Below are positions 1 through 10,076 of a stretch of DNA of 64,000 bases, piece after piece. Source of the stretch: Escherichia phage vB_EcoP_PW8; the sequence record PQ362703.1. One strand, given 5' to 3'. The position numbers were made by a program, and so were the translations under genes. The notes below the pieces were generated by a model. The model had not been told where the DNA came from. It saw nothing but the letters and a program-made list of their open reading frames with translations, and did no database searches. Position 1 is the first letter of the stretch. Each line of letters begins with the position of its first letter.

Positions 1-2135
1 TCTGAAAATATGCCCTCATTGTTCTTGAACGTTAGTCTTGCTGAAAAATCAGAGCTGTGCATGGAGGCTCCACTTGGTGTGTTAAGCCCAGAAACATAAA
101 CATGATTCGCCACGTCAGAGTTAGGGAATTTACTGACTGTCAATTCCCGAAAATCACCAGTGGTGTCTACCGTTATGTTACCAACTTGAGCTAAAGTGTT
201 GCAGCGTATAGTGCTGTTGTATAACTTACTCTTTATACCGGCGGTATCGGTTGTGGTGTACACACCTCCAATAAAACCCCGCATTTGAGCAGGCCCGGTG
301 TCGCCTGATGCATACGAAAGTGATGTTGCTATAGGGTCATTTTTCTGACCTATGTTTATGTCGAGGGAGTATTGTTCAAGGCTTATACCAGCTAGTAGTG
401 TGAATGCAGATATTTTTGACGAACATTTACCTACGCTTATGTTGCTAAAGTTTTGGGACAGCCCGTGCCCTACTGGGTCAGCGGTCCGAGGTAACAGTCG
501 TATAATCCTGTCACCGCCTGCTATAGTAGTTTCATCCGCAATTTCACCTATTTCCACAAAAAGGCGGTCATTGCCAAGCATTTCAAAAACACAAAAATCG
601 TTTGGGCGTGTTTTAAATACTACTCTATCAATTAAGATTTTTCCTACACCATTTCCGTTAACTCTAGTAGCTGTCACACCTCTGTTAGTCACATTGGTTA
701 ATGTTGTATTCCCTGAGATGTTTACATCAGCTATAAGACCGTTAGGGAAAATATTAAGTTCCAAACCAGTATACGCACCATTGATGTATGGGTTTGAGAT
801 TTCACAATTAATCAATCGAGGGACAGTGTACCCAGGCACGCTTTCATCTGCCTCTGGTTCAACATCTATACCAGATTTTGGCATAGCTCCCTCTACCCCA
901 CCATAGTCACCTATATTATAAATCTCGGGGTTAACTATCAGGACATTCTCTCCAGAGGTTAGGCTTATGCCATTACGGCGGCATTGTCGTATGACCGGTT
1001 TTTCTATGTAAATGTTTCCGGGTACTGTGCCATCTGTAGTGCCCCATTTCATGCCGATGTATATCCCATCTCCGAACATATTGGTATACAGTCCACCTAT
1101 AACTCGGATGTTGGAAGATTGGAGTATTGTAAGCCCCCAGCCATGTTCCCCTACTGTGGTATTTGTGAGCCGATCCCCCTCTAGTACAGGGTTGTAAATA
1201 TTTACGTTTTGAACACCATTTGCGACGTAAATGATGTGGCTTTGAGGTCTGCCTTGATTGGCCAGACGTAGTGCGCCGTCACCTACGAAACGTATTGTTG
1301 AGTTGCTAACACAACAAATAACTGACTTGAGGGCGTTATTACCAGGACTTACAGGGTCATCTGTAGATGCCATCAGACCCGTCATATTTTTATCAATAAT
1401 AAAATCACACGATAGTGCAACGGATGTGGTGTACGCTTTCATAAGAGAAGGGGTATCCGTACAAAAATCAGACGCGTATATCCCAGTCGCGGATGTTAAC
1501 TCCCACACAGCCCCATCGGCAGATGCTATTTTTGTAATTCCGTCAACCGCTCCGGTGGACCTGGAATACACGTAACGAACCCCAATGCATACAGTATCGT
1601 AGATGTCACTAATATTGGTGGTAGATATCTCGGAGATTTCCTTAAAGTAAGCTGATACCAGTCTTAAATCATTCCGCAGGTTTGGACCAGTCTGTGGCTT
1701 CCAGTCACCATTACCCACCGGGTTAGTCTCTGACGTAATAGTTACAGGTAGAGTTCCTAAGTAGGTGTAACCAATGCCATTATGGAACAATACTTCATTT
1801 CGTGTATTCACTACCAAATCAGTAGCAAATGAGTCGGATAGACACACAAATTCTCTACGTGTAGCAGCCAGTTCCCCCAAATCAACTGTACCTGCTGAAT
1901 GAACCAGAACTGCATGTTCATTGAGGCTTACGGCAGTGGTTTCTGCTGGAAGTACAGGTAATGAGTAAGCACGTTGGGTAGACTTATCATAGATTACTTT
2001 GTAACCACCTAAGTCTACACCTACAGAAAAGTAGACCACCTCATTCTGCTTAACACCAAATTTACGGGCAATAGCTTGCTTATTGGTAAGAATACCAGTA
2101 GAGCCTTTGCCACCTTGGGAGAATAATTCGTTCAT
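1..2135 (-). CDS. tail fiber/tailspike-like virion protein, 3' end cut by window start
   Basis: Uninterrupted minus-strand reading frame from ATG at 2135-2133 (AAGAGG RBS just upstream) to the window edge, so absent from the ORF track. Product is rich in short N/G/T/V/I repeats typical of beta-helix tailspikes. Read by eye. Confidence 0.5.
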   Translation of the reverse strand, partial: MNELFSQGGKGSTGILTNKQAIARKFGVKQNEVVYFSVGVDLGGYKVIYDKSTQRAYSLPVLPAETTAVSLNEHAVLVHSAGTVDLGELAATRREFVCLSDSFATDLVVNTRNEVLFHNGIGYTYLGTLPVTITSETNPVGNGDWKPQTGPNLRNDLRLVSAYFKEISEISTTNISDIYDTVCIGVRYVYSRSTGAVDGITKIASADGAVWELTSATGIYASDFCTDTPSLMKAYTTSVALSCDFIIDKNMTGLMASTDDPVSPGNNALKSVICCVSNSTIRFVGDGALRLANQGRPQSHIIYVANGVQNVNIYNPVLEGDRLTNTTVGEHGWGLTILQSSNIRVIGGLYTNMFGDGIYIGMKWGTTDGTVPGNIYIEKPVIRQCRRNGISLTSGENVLIVNPEIYNIGDYGGVEGAMPKSGIDVEPEADESVPGYTVPRLINCEISNPYINGAYTGLELNIFPNGLIADVNISGNTTLTNVTNRGVTATRVNGNGVGKILIDRVVFKTRPNDFCVFEMLGNDRLFVEIGEIADETTIAGGDRIIRLLPRTADPVGHGLSQNFSNISVGKCSSKISAFTLLAGISLEQYSLDINIGQKNDPIATSLSYASGDTGPAQMRGFIGGVYTTTDTAGIKSKLYNSTIRCNTLAQVGNITVDTTGDFRELTVSKFPNSDVANHVYVSGLNTPSGASMHSSDFSARLTFKNNEGIFS

Positions 2136-2183
2136 GTAGCAACCTCTTTGTTTTTCTATAGGCCACATTGTTGTGGCCTTATT

Positions 2184-3317
2184 TTACAAAATAGTAATAG
2201 GAATCAATGTCACTACTACGTTACCAGGTACATAAGTAAGCTGATCACCTGTTACTGAGCCTACCCTAACGTTAGTAGGTAGCGGAGGTAGCTTATATGA
2301 CTTCTGCTGCCCAGTGACATAAATGACAGCTTTGTCATTAAGATAAGTAGTAGTATCTACATCTAGGATTACCTCAGAGTCTTTAATATTAAACCCCCGG
2401 GCAATCTCTTGAATGGTGCGATCTGTAGCATAGATAGTTTCAATATTACCGCCGATAGAGACAATCAATACATCATCAGTTGCCAGAGGTTCAGTTAGGA
2501 ATATGCGATGATTATTTGGGTCAATTGTATAGGACTTACTTGCCAGTCCCTTGTATCTGCGTAAACCGTTAACATAGATGGCAGGCACATCAAGGAATTC
2601 GAAAGGTATATCAATTACCTGCTCACCACCTACTGCATTACCGTAGTTATATAGCCAGTTAACAACACGCCAATTGTCAATGGTTGGCTTATCAGGAGAA
2701 GCAGGAACTCCTGTAAGGAAAGCGATTACTTCCTGCCCAGCTTCTAGTTCCTGTGCTAAGGTAATTACACCAGTAGTAGGATTAAACTCAAAACCCTTGC
2801 CTACTATCTGAACAAACCCATCTACAGTAATGAAGGGAACACCTACTGTATCTACGGGTACATTTACAGTTGTTTCCCCACCAACAGCATCATAGCTAAA
2901 CAAGATATATGTACTACTTCCTTCAGTAGGTTGGTCACCAGAACTAGAACTAACAGCTACCCAAGAACCGGAGGCAGAAGGGTTATCTGGAATAATCCCA
3001 GTAAGGTCGCCATCAACGTAAAGGTAGTCAGTGATTATACGCTTACCATCTATAGCAGTTTCGTAAATACGGGCATACTTAGCATCAGTAGTAAGAGCCT
3101 TAAGTTCGGCCTCAGACTGTATGCCAATAACCATTCCATACTGGTTCAGAAAATCATACAGGAGTTTAAGGTTACCCAAATTACAGTACACAGTACGAAC
3201 CACATGGTAAGCATTACCTAGTAGTGCATCTACCATTGGGTCATTGGAACTGTTCTGACAGTAAGGATTGGACCAATCCTGCTTTGCATCGAAGGGGTTG
3301 TGTGCGTTCATCGCCAT
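2184..3317 (-). CDS. virion/tail-associated structural protein
   Basis: 377-aa minus-strand ORF between the tail fiber-like gene and the terminase, in the late operon. No motif recognised. Confidence 0.4.
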   Translation of the reverse strand: MAMNAHNPFDAKQDWSNPYCQNSSNDPMVDALLGNAYHVVRTVYCNLGNLKLLYDFLNQYGMVIGIQSEAELKALTTDAKYARIYETAIDGKRIITDYLYVDGDLTGIIPDNPSASGSWVAVSSSSGDQPTEGSSTYILFSYDAVGGETTVNVPVDTVGVPFITVDGFVQIVGKGFEFNPTTGVITLAQELEAGQEVIAFLTGVPASPDKPTIDNWRVVNWLYNYGNAVGGEQVIDIPFEFLDVPAIYVNGLRRYKGLASKSYTIDPNNHRIFLTEPLATDDVLIVSIGGNIETIYATDRTIQEIARGFNIKDSEVILDVDTTTYLNDKAVIYVTGQQKSYKLPPLPTNVRVGSVTGDQLTYVPGNVVVTLIPITIL

Positions 3318-4018
3318 CCTCGTTGTTCAAATTTAGTTTCGGTAATTGAAATACTTCCATTAGCCAGGTCGTAATCAACAACCTCACCACAGATGCTTTC
3401 ATACGTTTGCAGATACTCTGCTGCCTTAGCATTAGCTTCCGGAGTATTCAAACCAGTGTGGTAACGATAACCCACCCAGTTATGAAGTGCTGTCATTAAT
3501 GTGTCTGCTAAGTCAACTTCCTGTTCTTCATCACCCGTAAGTACTGGGTGCTTAGCTTGATAAGTTACGTTAAGTGCCTCGAAGTGTCGAGGTCGCATAC
3601 ACTGAATAGTATCAGGCCGAGGGGTAAAAATTGCATGTGGGTCTGAATCGTCGTTCAGTCTACGTCTATTCCCAGAGCTATCAAATACATTTAAGATTTT
3701 AATAACATCATCCTGGAAAGGTTTCATGAACCCATCCATGATGTATGGATATTGAATCTCAAGAGTAGGCTTAGTAAAACGAGAATAGGCATATTTGGAT
3801 TGAAGAGGGTAATCAGTACGACCTTCCTTCATTTCCACAATACAACTATTAGTTCTGAGAGGAAAACGACTATGTAGTCGTACCAGCCCCTCATTAATAG
3901 CAGCCAGTATCTCAGGCTTACTATCTGGTTCAATATCTAATCTGTCATCCGTGACTGCACCAGTACCCTTCAAGGTACTCAATGCCAAGCCACGATATAC
4001 TTCCGATAATTTTTGCAT
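3308..4018 (-). CDS. hypothetical late protein adjacent to terminase
   Basis: 236-aa ORF directly downstream of the large terminase on the same strand. No motif recognised. Confidence 0.35.
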   Translation of the reverse strand: MQKLSEVYRGLALSTLKGTGAVTDDRLDIEPDSKPEILAAINEGLVRLHSRFPLRTNSCIVEMKEGRTDYPLQSKYAYSRFTKPTLEIQYPYIMDGFMKPFQDDVIKILNVFDSSGNRRRLNDDSDPHAIFTPRPDTIQCMRPRHFEALNVTYQAKHPVLTGDEEQEVDLADTLMTALHNWVGYRYHTGLNTPEANAKAAEYLQTYESICGEVVDYDLANGSISITETKFEQRGWR

Positions 4019-4024
4019 GGTTCC

Positions 4025-5635
4025 TCACACAATGTATGAACGCAGTGGGTTAATACTATCTTCTTCTTCATCATCCCACATTGGGTCACCCTTGTTATCC
4101 ACCATAGTCATACCTGCTTGTGGTTTCCAGGGATTGAGATAACCCAGCATAGAGATAGTATCAATACAGTCATCCTTACCTTTGATTCCATTAATGGTAG
4201 CTAATTTAATCTGGCCCATGAATAAACCCATAATAGTTGAATCTCTCAACTCTTCCGGGAAGTACATTTTACCAGCTTTGAACCATGGAACTACCAGGTT
4301 AAAACGTGACAGCTTAGAGGTTACAGGACGTATGCCTGGCTTACCACCCTCAGAGGATGCAAAGTTAAAGAAGACATTACGGTTAATCATTTCTTTCTGA
4401 AGAAGCGAGATGAACCCACCTTGCTGCCCTGTAATTTCGACCCCAACGTTTTGTGGTTGGTATTCCTGAACCAGACGGAACAGGTCATCAAAGTTTTTAT
4501 CCATAAGCTGACGATTAGCCACACCATCAACCCAGAACCAATCTCCATTAGAACTATAGGCCCAAACTGATATGACACTGTAGTCACTGGTCTGTTTCTC
4601 CGAAGTAGCAAAGTCGGTTGTAATGTAATAGTTGTAGCAGGACTTCATCCTTAATAGTTGCTGTCTGCTATACCATCTAATTTCACTATCCTGAACCAGT
4701 CTCTCATCTTCAGAGCTAATACGGAGCATAAGTTCCTGATAGAAGCCTGCAAGCTTACCCGTCTTAACTGCCATATCATATTGAGCCTTAATGTAGTCAT
4801 AAGAGAAACGGTCATCCCATGCACCCTGAAATTCTTCTCTACTACAAGGGAACTTCTCACACACAGGCCATACGTTGACATCCCATGCACCAGACTCAAC
4901 TGCTTCAATGATAATGTCTTCCTTATTAAAGGGAGTACCATTGAAGATTACTTTACGACGAGTAGGATCAAGGGCATGGTTCACACCTTTATAGACGGTG
5001 TCTTTAATAGCTTCCATGCTTGTTTTAGAGTTAGCATCACCATCACTAATCAGGTCATCCAATACACAGAGTGTTGGACGTTTGCCATATATCTTCGTAC
5101 CACGAAGACCTGTCTTAGCACCAAATAGCTTAACACCAAGTCGATGCCCTTCTACATTACGAAACTCTAACAGGTTATCCGTAAAGGTAGCTTCAGGTAT
5201 CCATTGCTGAAGGAACTCACTATTCTTGTAACGAAACTCAATGTTCTTACGTGCAGACTTAGCTCCGTTATCCATTGAGTCAGATACGTAAATCATTCCT
5301 TCTACCTTACCAAGACTTGGTAAGTGCCCAAACACTGCCAAGAACAAAGTAAAGTATTCCATGAATACAGCAGTCTTACCTGCACCACGGAAGCACAGGT
5401 TAACTACATACTGGTTCGGACTAATCATCTTATCCAGCATCTTCAAGTGAACTGGCGGTGTTTTGTTGGATTCACCTTCCTTACCATTAACCAACTTAAT
5501 GAAGTTGGCAAAGGTAAGAGCAAACTGACTAGGAACATAGTTAGATGAATTTAGGTGGGAGTAATCCACCTGGTCTAGCCATTCATCCAGTTCCTGTTTA
5601 ATTAACTCAGACATCTGTAATGTCCTCATCTGCAC
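4025..5635 (-). CDS. terL: terminase large subunit
   Basis: 536 aa. N-terminal P-loop (FRGAGKTAV) and C-terminal nuclease-like acidic segment (YYITTDFATSEKQTSDYSVISVW). Confidence 0.8.
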   Translation of the reverse strand: MQMRTLQMSELIKQELDEWLDQVDYSHLNSSNYVPSQFALTFANFIKLVNGKEGESNKTPPVHLKMLDKMISPNQYVVNLCFRGAGKTAVFMEYFTLFLAVFGHLPSLGKVEGMIYVSDSMDNGAKSARKNIEFRYKNSEFLQQWIPEATFTDNLLEFRNVEGHRLGVKLFGAKTGLRGTKIYGKRPTLCVLDDLISDGDANSKTSMEAIKDTVYKGVNHALDPTRRKVIFNGTPFNKEDIIIEAVESGAWDVNVWPVCEKFPCSREEFQGAWDDRFSYDYIKAQYDMAVKTGKLAGFYQELMLRISSEDERLVQDSEIRWYSRQQLLRMKSCYNYYITTDFATSEKQTSDYSVISVWAYSSNGDWFWVDGVANRQLMDKNFDDLFRLVQEYQPQNVGVEITGQQGGFISLLQKEMINRNVFFNFASSEGGKPGIRPVTSKLSRFNLVVPWFKAGKMYFPEELRDSTIMGLFMGQIKLATINGIKGKDDCIDTISMLGYLNPWKPQAGMTMVDNKGDPMWDDEEEDSINPLRSYIV

Positions 5636-6296
5636 GTACTAGTTTAGAACCAGCAACCTCTTTGGTAGGTACACCACTATTGATTGCATTAATCTGCTGT
5701 TCAGCTAATGCAGCAAGTGTTGCCTTGAGGTCGGTCAATCCAGAGTTCTCTCTCAAGTCCAGATTGATATTTGTTACCTGGTCTTTTGGTTTAGCTAAGT
5801 GAGTAAGGATAGAGTTAGCTGCATCACATCTTACCTTCTCGCTTGCTGCTGTAGTCATCAGTTCAACCTGAACGTTGATTGCCTTCTGGTAGTTGTCCTG
5901 GTTCACAATCCACACTGGAACCAGACTTTGTTCCATGATGAGGTTAACTAACTTACCTCTGTGATATGCAGATACATAAGCACTAATATCTTTCTCACTG
6001 GTTCCTCGTGCTACTAGTTCTGCTTGTCGGTTAGGGAATGTCTTGAAGTAGGCTTCCTTATTTGAGTAGCCCATATGTTTATAAGTCACATACTGAACTG
6101 CATTCATGTAGTCCTGCGTCTTAAACTTACCTTCCTTCATTACACCAGAGTAGGAGATAAAGTTTTCACGGAAGGACTCAGCAACCAGTTGATCTTGGAT
6201 TATGTTGTTAATTGTGTCTACCAACTCCTGGGTCACACTGTTCTTAAAGTTAGTAGGTAGTGCATTAATAATCTGCTGCTTAGTTAGTTCACTCAT
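5607..6296 (-). CDS. putative terminase small subunit
   Basis: 229-aa ORF immediately upstream of and overlapping terL on the same strand. Assignment by position only. Confidence 0.3.
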   Translation of the reverse strand: MSELTKQQIINALPTNFKNSVTQELVDTINNIIQDQLVAESFRENFISYSGVMKEGKFKTQDYMNAVQYVTYKHMGYSNKEAYFKTFPNRQAELVARGTSEKDISAYVSAYHRGKLVNLIMEQSLVPVWIVNQDNYQKAINVQVELMTTAASEKVRCDAANSILTHLAKPKDQVTNINLDLRENSGLTDLKATLAALAEQQINAINSGVPTKEVAGSKLVRADEDITDV

Positions 6297-6466
6297 ACTT
6301 ATCTCGCTACAAAGTTATGTCTATTAAAGAAGATTCTTTTCTTGGGGTGAGTTACCCCTTGAATAGACGATACCATACAGTTACACTTTAGTCATGATAT
6401 AGAAAAGTTCATGATACTGTATAGTATGTAATGTTCCGATGACCTTATTCCCCAAAGGAGTAACCT

Positions 6467-6757
6467 TTGAGAATCTATATGAGAGTCCACGACTCTAAAG
6501 ATGAATACAAAGAGCTAGACCACACCAAGGCTGGTATTCTTTCAGGTGATATTATCATTACCCATGATGAAGATACTTACCATGAATTAGCTGGGATGAT
6601 GCTGTTAGATAATCGTCATGGCATTAAGATCCTAGAACCAAGAGAAACTTACTCTTTAGAAAAACGTCCTTCATCTCTTGTGTTCTTCACAAAATTACCT
6701 CATAGTGTCTCCGTCAGTCGAAGCAAAGACAGTGTTCGGATGATGGTGACGATGTGA
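6467..6757 (+). CDS. early protein, paralog family member 1
   Basis: Carries the shared core motif (IIITHDEDTYHELAGMMLLDNRHGIKILEP) seen in five downstream ORFs. Track start is TTG at 6467; an ATG lies at 6479. Confidence 0.5.
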   Translation: MRIYMRVHDSKDEYKELDHTKAGILSGDIIITHDEDTYHELAGMMLLDNRHGIKILEPRETYSLEKRPSSLVFFTKLPHSVSVSRSKDSVRMMVTM

Positions 6758-6957
6758 TTAGTCATGCCGCCTAGTAGACAGTGGCGGTACTCGTAAAGAG
6801 TTAATAACTTCTACAGTCAGGGTTGCCCGGCTCCTTTCCTACCTAGTAGGCTAACGATACACATGTATCTAGGGTGATGAACTGACCCGTGATAGAAAAC
6901 GGTAAGGGGTAGAGTCGAGAGGCTCTACCCCATTTCTTTTTCAGGAGGTATGCAATT

Positions 6958-7353
6958 ATGAGCATCTACGCCTTTGACATTGATATTACCGGTGTACTCC
7001 GTAAGCAGGAACCCTACTACCTAGGGGAACCTGAGATGGTTAGTAAATTCCTATCTAAACATGTAGTCTTCCTACCAGACTGTGGGGAATCCCATGAGAT
7101 AGTTGGTTCATTTTTCTTAAGTAATCTGCAAATTAACACTGAGATACTTACTGAACCAAAGGTGTATGATCTTACTGAGTACTCTGACTTCGAAACATTC
7201 TTCCCAGGAATCAGGTTCTATAAAGTACCTGGTTGGGAAATGATTGTTGAACATAACCTATTTAATAAAACGCTTTCCGTTTACTTCAGACACATTCCTA
7301 AAGGAAGGAAAATCCATCATGAAATTCATACTAACCGCCCCCAGTTTTGTTAA
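6958..7353 (+). CDS. early protein, paralog family member 2
   Basis: Core motif VVFLPDCGESHEIVGSFFLSNLQINTEILTEP. Confidence 0.5.
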   Translation: MSIYAFDIDITGVLRKQEPYYLGEPEMVSKFLSKHVVFLPDCGESHEIVGSFFLSNLQINTEILTEPKVYDLTEYSDFETFFPGIRFYKVPGWEMIVEHNLFNKTLSVYFRHIPKGRKIHHEIHTNRPQFC

Positions 7354-7633
7354 AGGGGAATTCTTATACACAACAGACTTTACTTTAGAAGAAGTCATAG
7401 ATAGCAATCCTCAGCATGTAATCCTGGTTCCTACCTTAGAGGATTATCATGAAGTAAGGGGTCAGCTCTTCTTATCAGGTAACGACCGTAAAGTTGTATG
7501 CATCATTCCTCCATCAGTGTATACCGATAGTAGTGCGTATGACGCTTTGCCTTTCATGATGGTATCCGATAACTACCAATGGGATTGTAGGCATGAGGAT
7601 GAGAAATACCATTACTACTATGTAAGGAAGTAA
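7319..7633 (+). CDS. early protein, paralog family member 3
   Basis: Core motif VILVPTLEDYHEVRGQLFLSGNDRKVVCIIPP. Start placed at ATG 7319 (AAGGAAGG RBS) rather than track start 7244. Confidence 0.5.
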   Translation: MKFILTAPSFVKGEFLYTTDFTLEEVIDSNPQHVILVPTLEDYHEVRGQLFLSGNDRKVVCIIPPSVYTDSSAYDALPFMMVSDNYQWDCRHEDEKYHYYYVRK

Positions 7634-7636
7634 GAT

Positions 7637-7960
7637 ATGCACCTGTATTGCCTGCTTAGTTTTGCCACTACATGTTATTTATCCCCATACACGCTGGATA
7701 ATATTCTGGCAGGTAAGGGCAGTGTTACCACCATCCTGTATGAACCAAGTGAAGAAGCAGAAGAGTTCATTGGTTCCTGTATCATGTTAGGAATACCTAT
7801 TACCTTGACTAAGATAAATACTTCCATTGTAGTACCAGAAGGTAAGCTAGTGTATATCTTCTCTTCCCAAGAACCCATGGTAGTTACTACCCTAACTGGT
7901 AGACTTATTACCCTCTATCCTTCTACCTCATATTTATCTAGCGACGAGTGTGCCCCATGA
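7637..7960 (+). CDS. early protein, paralog family member 4 (divergent)
   Basis: Weaker version of the motif (TILYEPSEEAEEFIGSCIMLGIPITLTKINTSIVVPEGK). Same size and tandem position. Confidence 0.4.
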   Translation: MHLYCLLSFATTCYLSPYTLDNILAGKGSVTTILYEPSEEAEEFIGSCIMLGIPITLTKINTSIVVPEGKLVYIFSSQEPMVVTTLTGRLITLYPSTSYLSSDECAP

Positions 7961-8295
7961 ATAGAGTACTGTATCTCCATCAGTATAAGGATGAAGTCTC
8001 TGTTTACTCCGAGAATATCAATGAAGCTATTGAGTGGTTACTACTACAAGACTGTCATATGCTTATGCTATCAGGAGATCTAGCAGATAGTACCCGTGGT
8101 TCAATTCTTCTACTTAATAGCCCGGCTAAGTTAACCATCCTTAATCCGGGGGAATTCATAAAGATACCTGCTGGTGAATCTGCATTCTTGTTCTTTGAAC
8201 CAAGGATAGAAGAAGGGTTTGTCGGGCTTACTATAGATAGTAGACCTAATAAAGATTTTAAAAGAGTAAGGATTATATCCCATGAAACTTACTAA
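7948..8295 (+). CDS. early protein, paralog family member 5
   Basis: Motif MLMLSGDLADSTRGSILLLNSPAKLTILNPGE. Overlaps its neighbours by about 13 nt. Confidence 0.45.
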   Translation: MCPMNRVLYLHQYKDEVSVYSENINEAIEWLLLQDCHMLMLSGDLADSTRGSILLLNSPAKLTILNPGEFIKIPAGESAFLFFEPRIEEGFVGLTIDSRPNKDFKRVRIISHETY

Positions 8296-8608
8296 GATAG
8301 GTTATGCTGGTGGACCTATTTCCACTACCCATACAACCTTACAAGACCTTGTGCCAGGTAGGCTCACTCCTATTATCCTAGTACCGGACGAACAAACACT
8401 GCACGAAGTTAAAGGATTAGCTTTATTACTAAACAAGGAGGTTATCGTAGAAGTCCTTGAACCAGGAAAAGAACTACCATGGTCCTCCTACATGTACTCC
8501 CCCTGGCATGTGAATGCGGATAAGTACACTCTTACCTTTGGTATCACAAATGAACTGCAAACCCCTCACTTGGTATATGCTTCCTCCTATTTATCTGCTT
8601 ATAAGTAA
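8282..8608 (+). CDS. early protein, paralog family member 6
   Basis: Motif IILVPDEQTLHEVKGLALLLNKEVIVEVLEPGKE, the closest match to members 1 and 3. Confidence 0.5.
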   Translation: MKLTKIGYAGGPISTTHTTLQDLVPGRLTPIILVPDEQTLHEVKGLALLLNKEVIVEVLEPGKELPWSSYMYSPWHVNADKYTLTFGITNELQTPHLVYASSYLSAYK

Positions 8609-8752
8609 GATAGCTATCATATTTTTGCATATGAAAAGTAGCATAGTTATGTATGGCTATAGTGCTACACCTGGGGCTACACCCTTACACTCAACCATCC
8701 CCCCCGGTATGTTGACGGTGTAGCCACTACCCTACCCCACCTTACACGTTAC

Positions 8753-8767
8753 ACATGCTCCGCATGT
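8753..8767 (+). promoter_or_regulatory. candidate virion-RNAP hairpin promoter (ACATGC-TCC-GCATGT)
   Basis: Perfect 6-bp stem with 3-nt TCC loop (GGA on the other strand), about 45 nt upstream of the gene at 8810. Same GC-TCC-GC core as the hairpins at 9242 and 12405. Confidence 0.45.
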
Positions 8768-8809
8768 TATGGACATGTCGTCCTATCATCAACTATTGGA
8801 GCTATCATC

Positions 8810-9133
8810 ATGACTACTCAAGCTACTGTACGTATGACTGCAGGAACTTTACTTGGTACTGTTAACTCAGCTGCTACTACTGTTGCAGATACATTCAGCA
8901 CTGCAACTAAAGCAGTAGGTATGCTTAATTCGTATGTTAGTACGATGGCAGAGAAACAAGCCATTCGTACTAAATTAGAAATGCATACCTTTGTTAATAA
9001 ACTGGCTGAAGAAACAGCTATGACCGAGACTCTGCGTAAGAAAAGTATTGAGGAATTCTGCAAGGATTCAGAGAACGCTCGTATCTATAACGCAGAATAT
9101 TCAAAAGTAATCGACATCCTGACTAAAGACTAA
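8810..9133 (+). CDS. early protein, hypothetical
   Basis: 107-aa ORF with GGAG RBS, preceded by a hairpin promoter candidate and followed by a strong terminator. Confidence 0.45.
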   Translation: MTTQATVRMTAGTLLGTVNSAATTVADTFSTATKAVGMLNSYVSTMAEKQAIRTKLEMHTFVNKLAEETAMTETLRKKSIEEFCKDSENARIYNAEYSKVIDILTKD

Positions 9134-9141
9134 GTCACCTA

Positions 9142-9168
9142 GGAGGCTCTTCGGAGTCTCCTTTTATA
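9142..9168 (+). terminator. intrinsic terminator (8-bp stem, TTCG loop, T-tract)
   Basis: GGAGGCTC-ttcg-GAGTCTCC followed by TTTTAT. Confidence 0.65.
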
Positions 9169-9241
9169 AACATTAGATAGATAGTCAAAAGTAGATAACT
9201 ATCTACTTTAAGTTAACTAACTCGCACTATCTTTAAAAGAA

Positions 9242-9256
9242 AGACGCTCCGCGTCT
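9242..9256 (+). promoter_or_regulatory. candidate virion-RNAP hairpin promoter (AGACGC-TCC-GCGTCT)
   Basis: Perfect 6-bp stem with TCC loop, 12 nt upstream of the ATG at 9268. Confidence 0.45.
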
Positions 9257-9267
9257 AAAGGATAAGA

Positions 9268-9747
9268 ATGAATCCACTTCTTATCGAAATCTTAAGTCTT
9301 TTCTTGGGTTTAGTCACCGACGGACAAACCCATAAATCAAAAAATCATTTATCTGGAGAGTACAAAATGTCTATTCAAAAATTCACTTTCGGTCAATCTA
9401 ACGCTGCTGCTTCTACTGCTAAAACTGATAAACCAAAAGCTCAGTTATGGCTGAACATTGGTTATGTAGCTAATGAAGGCTCTGATGATGAGAAATTCAT
9501 CTCTCTGCCTACTGGTATTCCACTGGATACTCAGGAACCGCTGCCTACTAATAGCAGCAATGCTGACTTCCGTGCTATGCGTTGTGCACAGAACGACTTG
9601 CTGGAACAGTTAATCGCATATGCTCAGAACCTGGAACCAGGTGAAGAGGGTATCATTAACCTGCAAGTTCAACTTCGTCGTGTGAAAGCAGAGGCTGCTG
9701 ACATCCCAGCAGACGAGAATAAATATGCCCGTAAACTGACTTTCTAA
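9268..9747 (+). CDS. early protein, hypothetical
   Basis: 159-aa ORF. An alternative ATG at about 9366 has a GGAGAG RBS. Strong terminator follows. Confidence 0.45.
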   Translation: MNPLLIEILSLFLGLVTDGQTHKSKNHLSGEYKMSIQKFTFGQSNAAASTAKTDKPKAQLWLNIGYVANEGSDDEKFISLPTGIPLDTQEPLPTNSSNADFRAMRCAQNDLLEQLIAYAQNLEPGEEGIINLQVQLRRVKAEAADIPADENKYARKLTF

Positions 9748-9757
9748 TCAACTACTA

Positions 9758-9785
9758 GACTCCCTTCGGGGAGTCTTTTATTTTT
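9758..9785 (+). terminator. intrinsic terminator (GACTCCC-ttcg-GGGAGTC plus T-tract)
   Basis: Perfect 7-bp stem, TTCG loop, then TTTTATTTTT. Confidence 0.7.
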
Positions 9786-9887
9786 AACTATGCGAAAGGC
9801 TATTTCTACTTTTTGAGTATCTTTAGACGAAGGGTACTGAAACAGTAACCAGATAGATATAGATTTATATTAGAAGAGGAATTAACC

Positions 9888-10076
9888 ATGTTAGATTTCA
9901 TCACTTTCTGTGTAATCTTCTACTTTCTGGGTTGGAAGTTACGTCATAAATGGTTGCTTATTGCTAAGCTGCCATTCGTTACTATCGAGTGTCTCATTGC
10001 TAGTGTTAAACATAAGAAAGCAATGACTCAGTACTACAAGCAACAAGCAGAAGAGTTTGCAAAGAGGAACCAGTGA
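9888..10076 (+). CDS. small early protein, hypothetical
   Basis: 62-aa ORF with a hydrophobic N-terminus. Confidence 0.3.
   Translation: MLDFITFCVIFYFLGWKLRHKWLLIAKLPFVTIECLIASVKHKKAMTQYYKQQAEEFAKRNQ

Noticed and set aside
352-1575. Plus-strand ORFs (352..906, 984..1184, 1012..1197, 1258..1575) in the first 2 kb
   Set aside because: They lie antisense to a continuous minus-strand frame running from 2135 to the window edge and have no convincing RBS.
6326-6340. AAAGAAGATTCTTTT inverted repeat near the late/early boundary
   Set aside because: On careful pairing it forms only a 4-5 bp A/T stem with a 2-nt loop, too weak to call.
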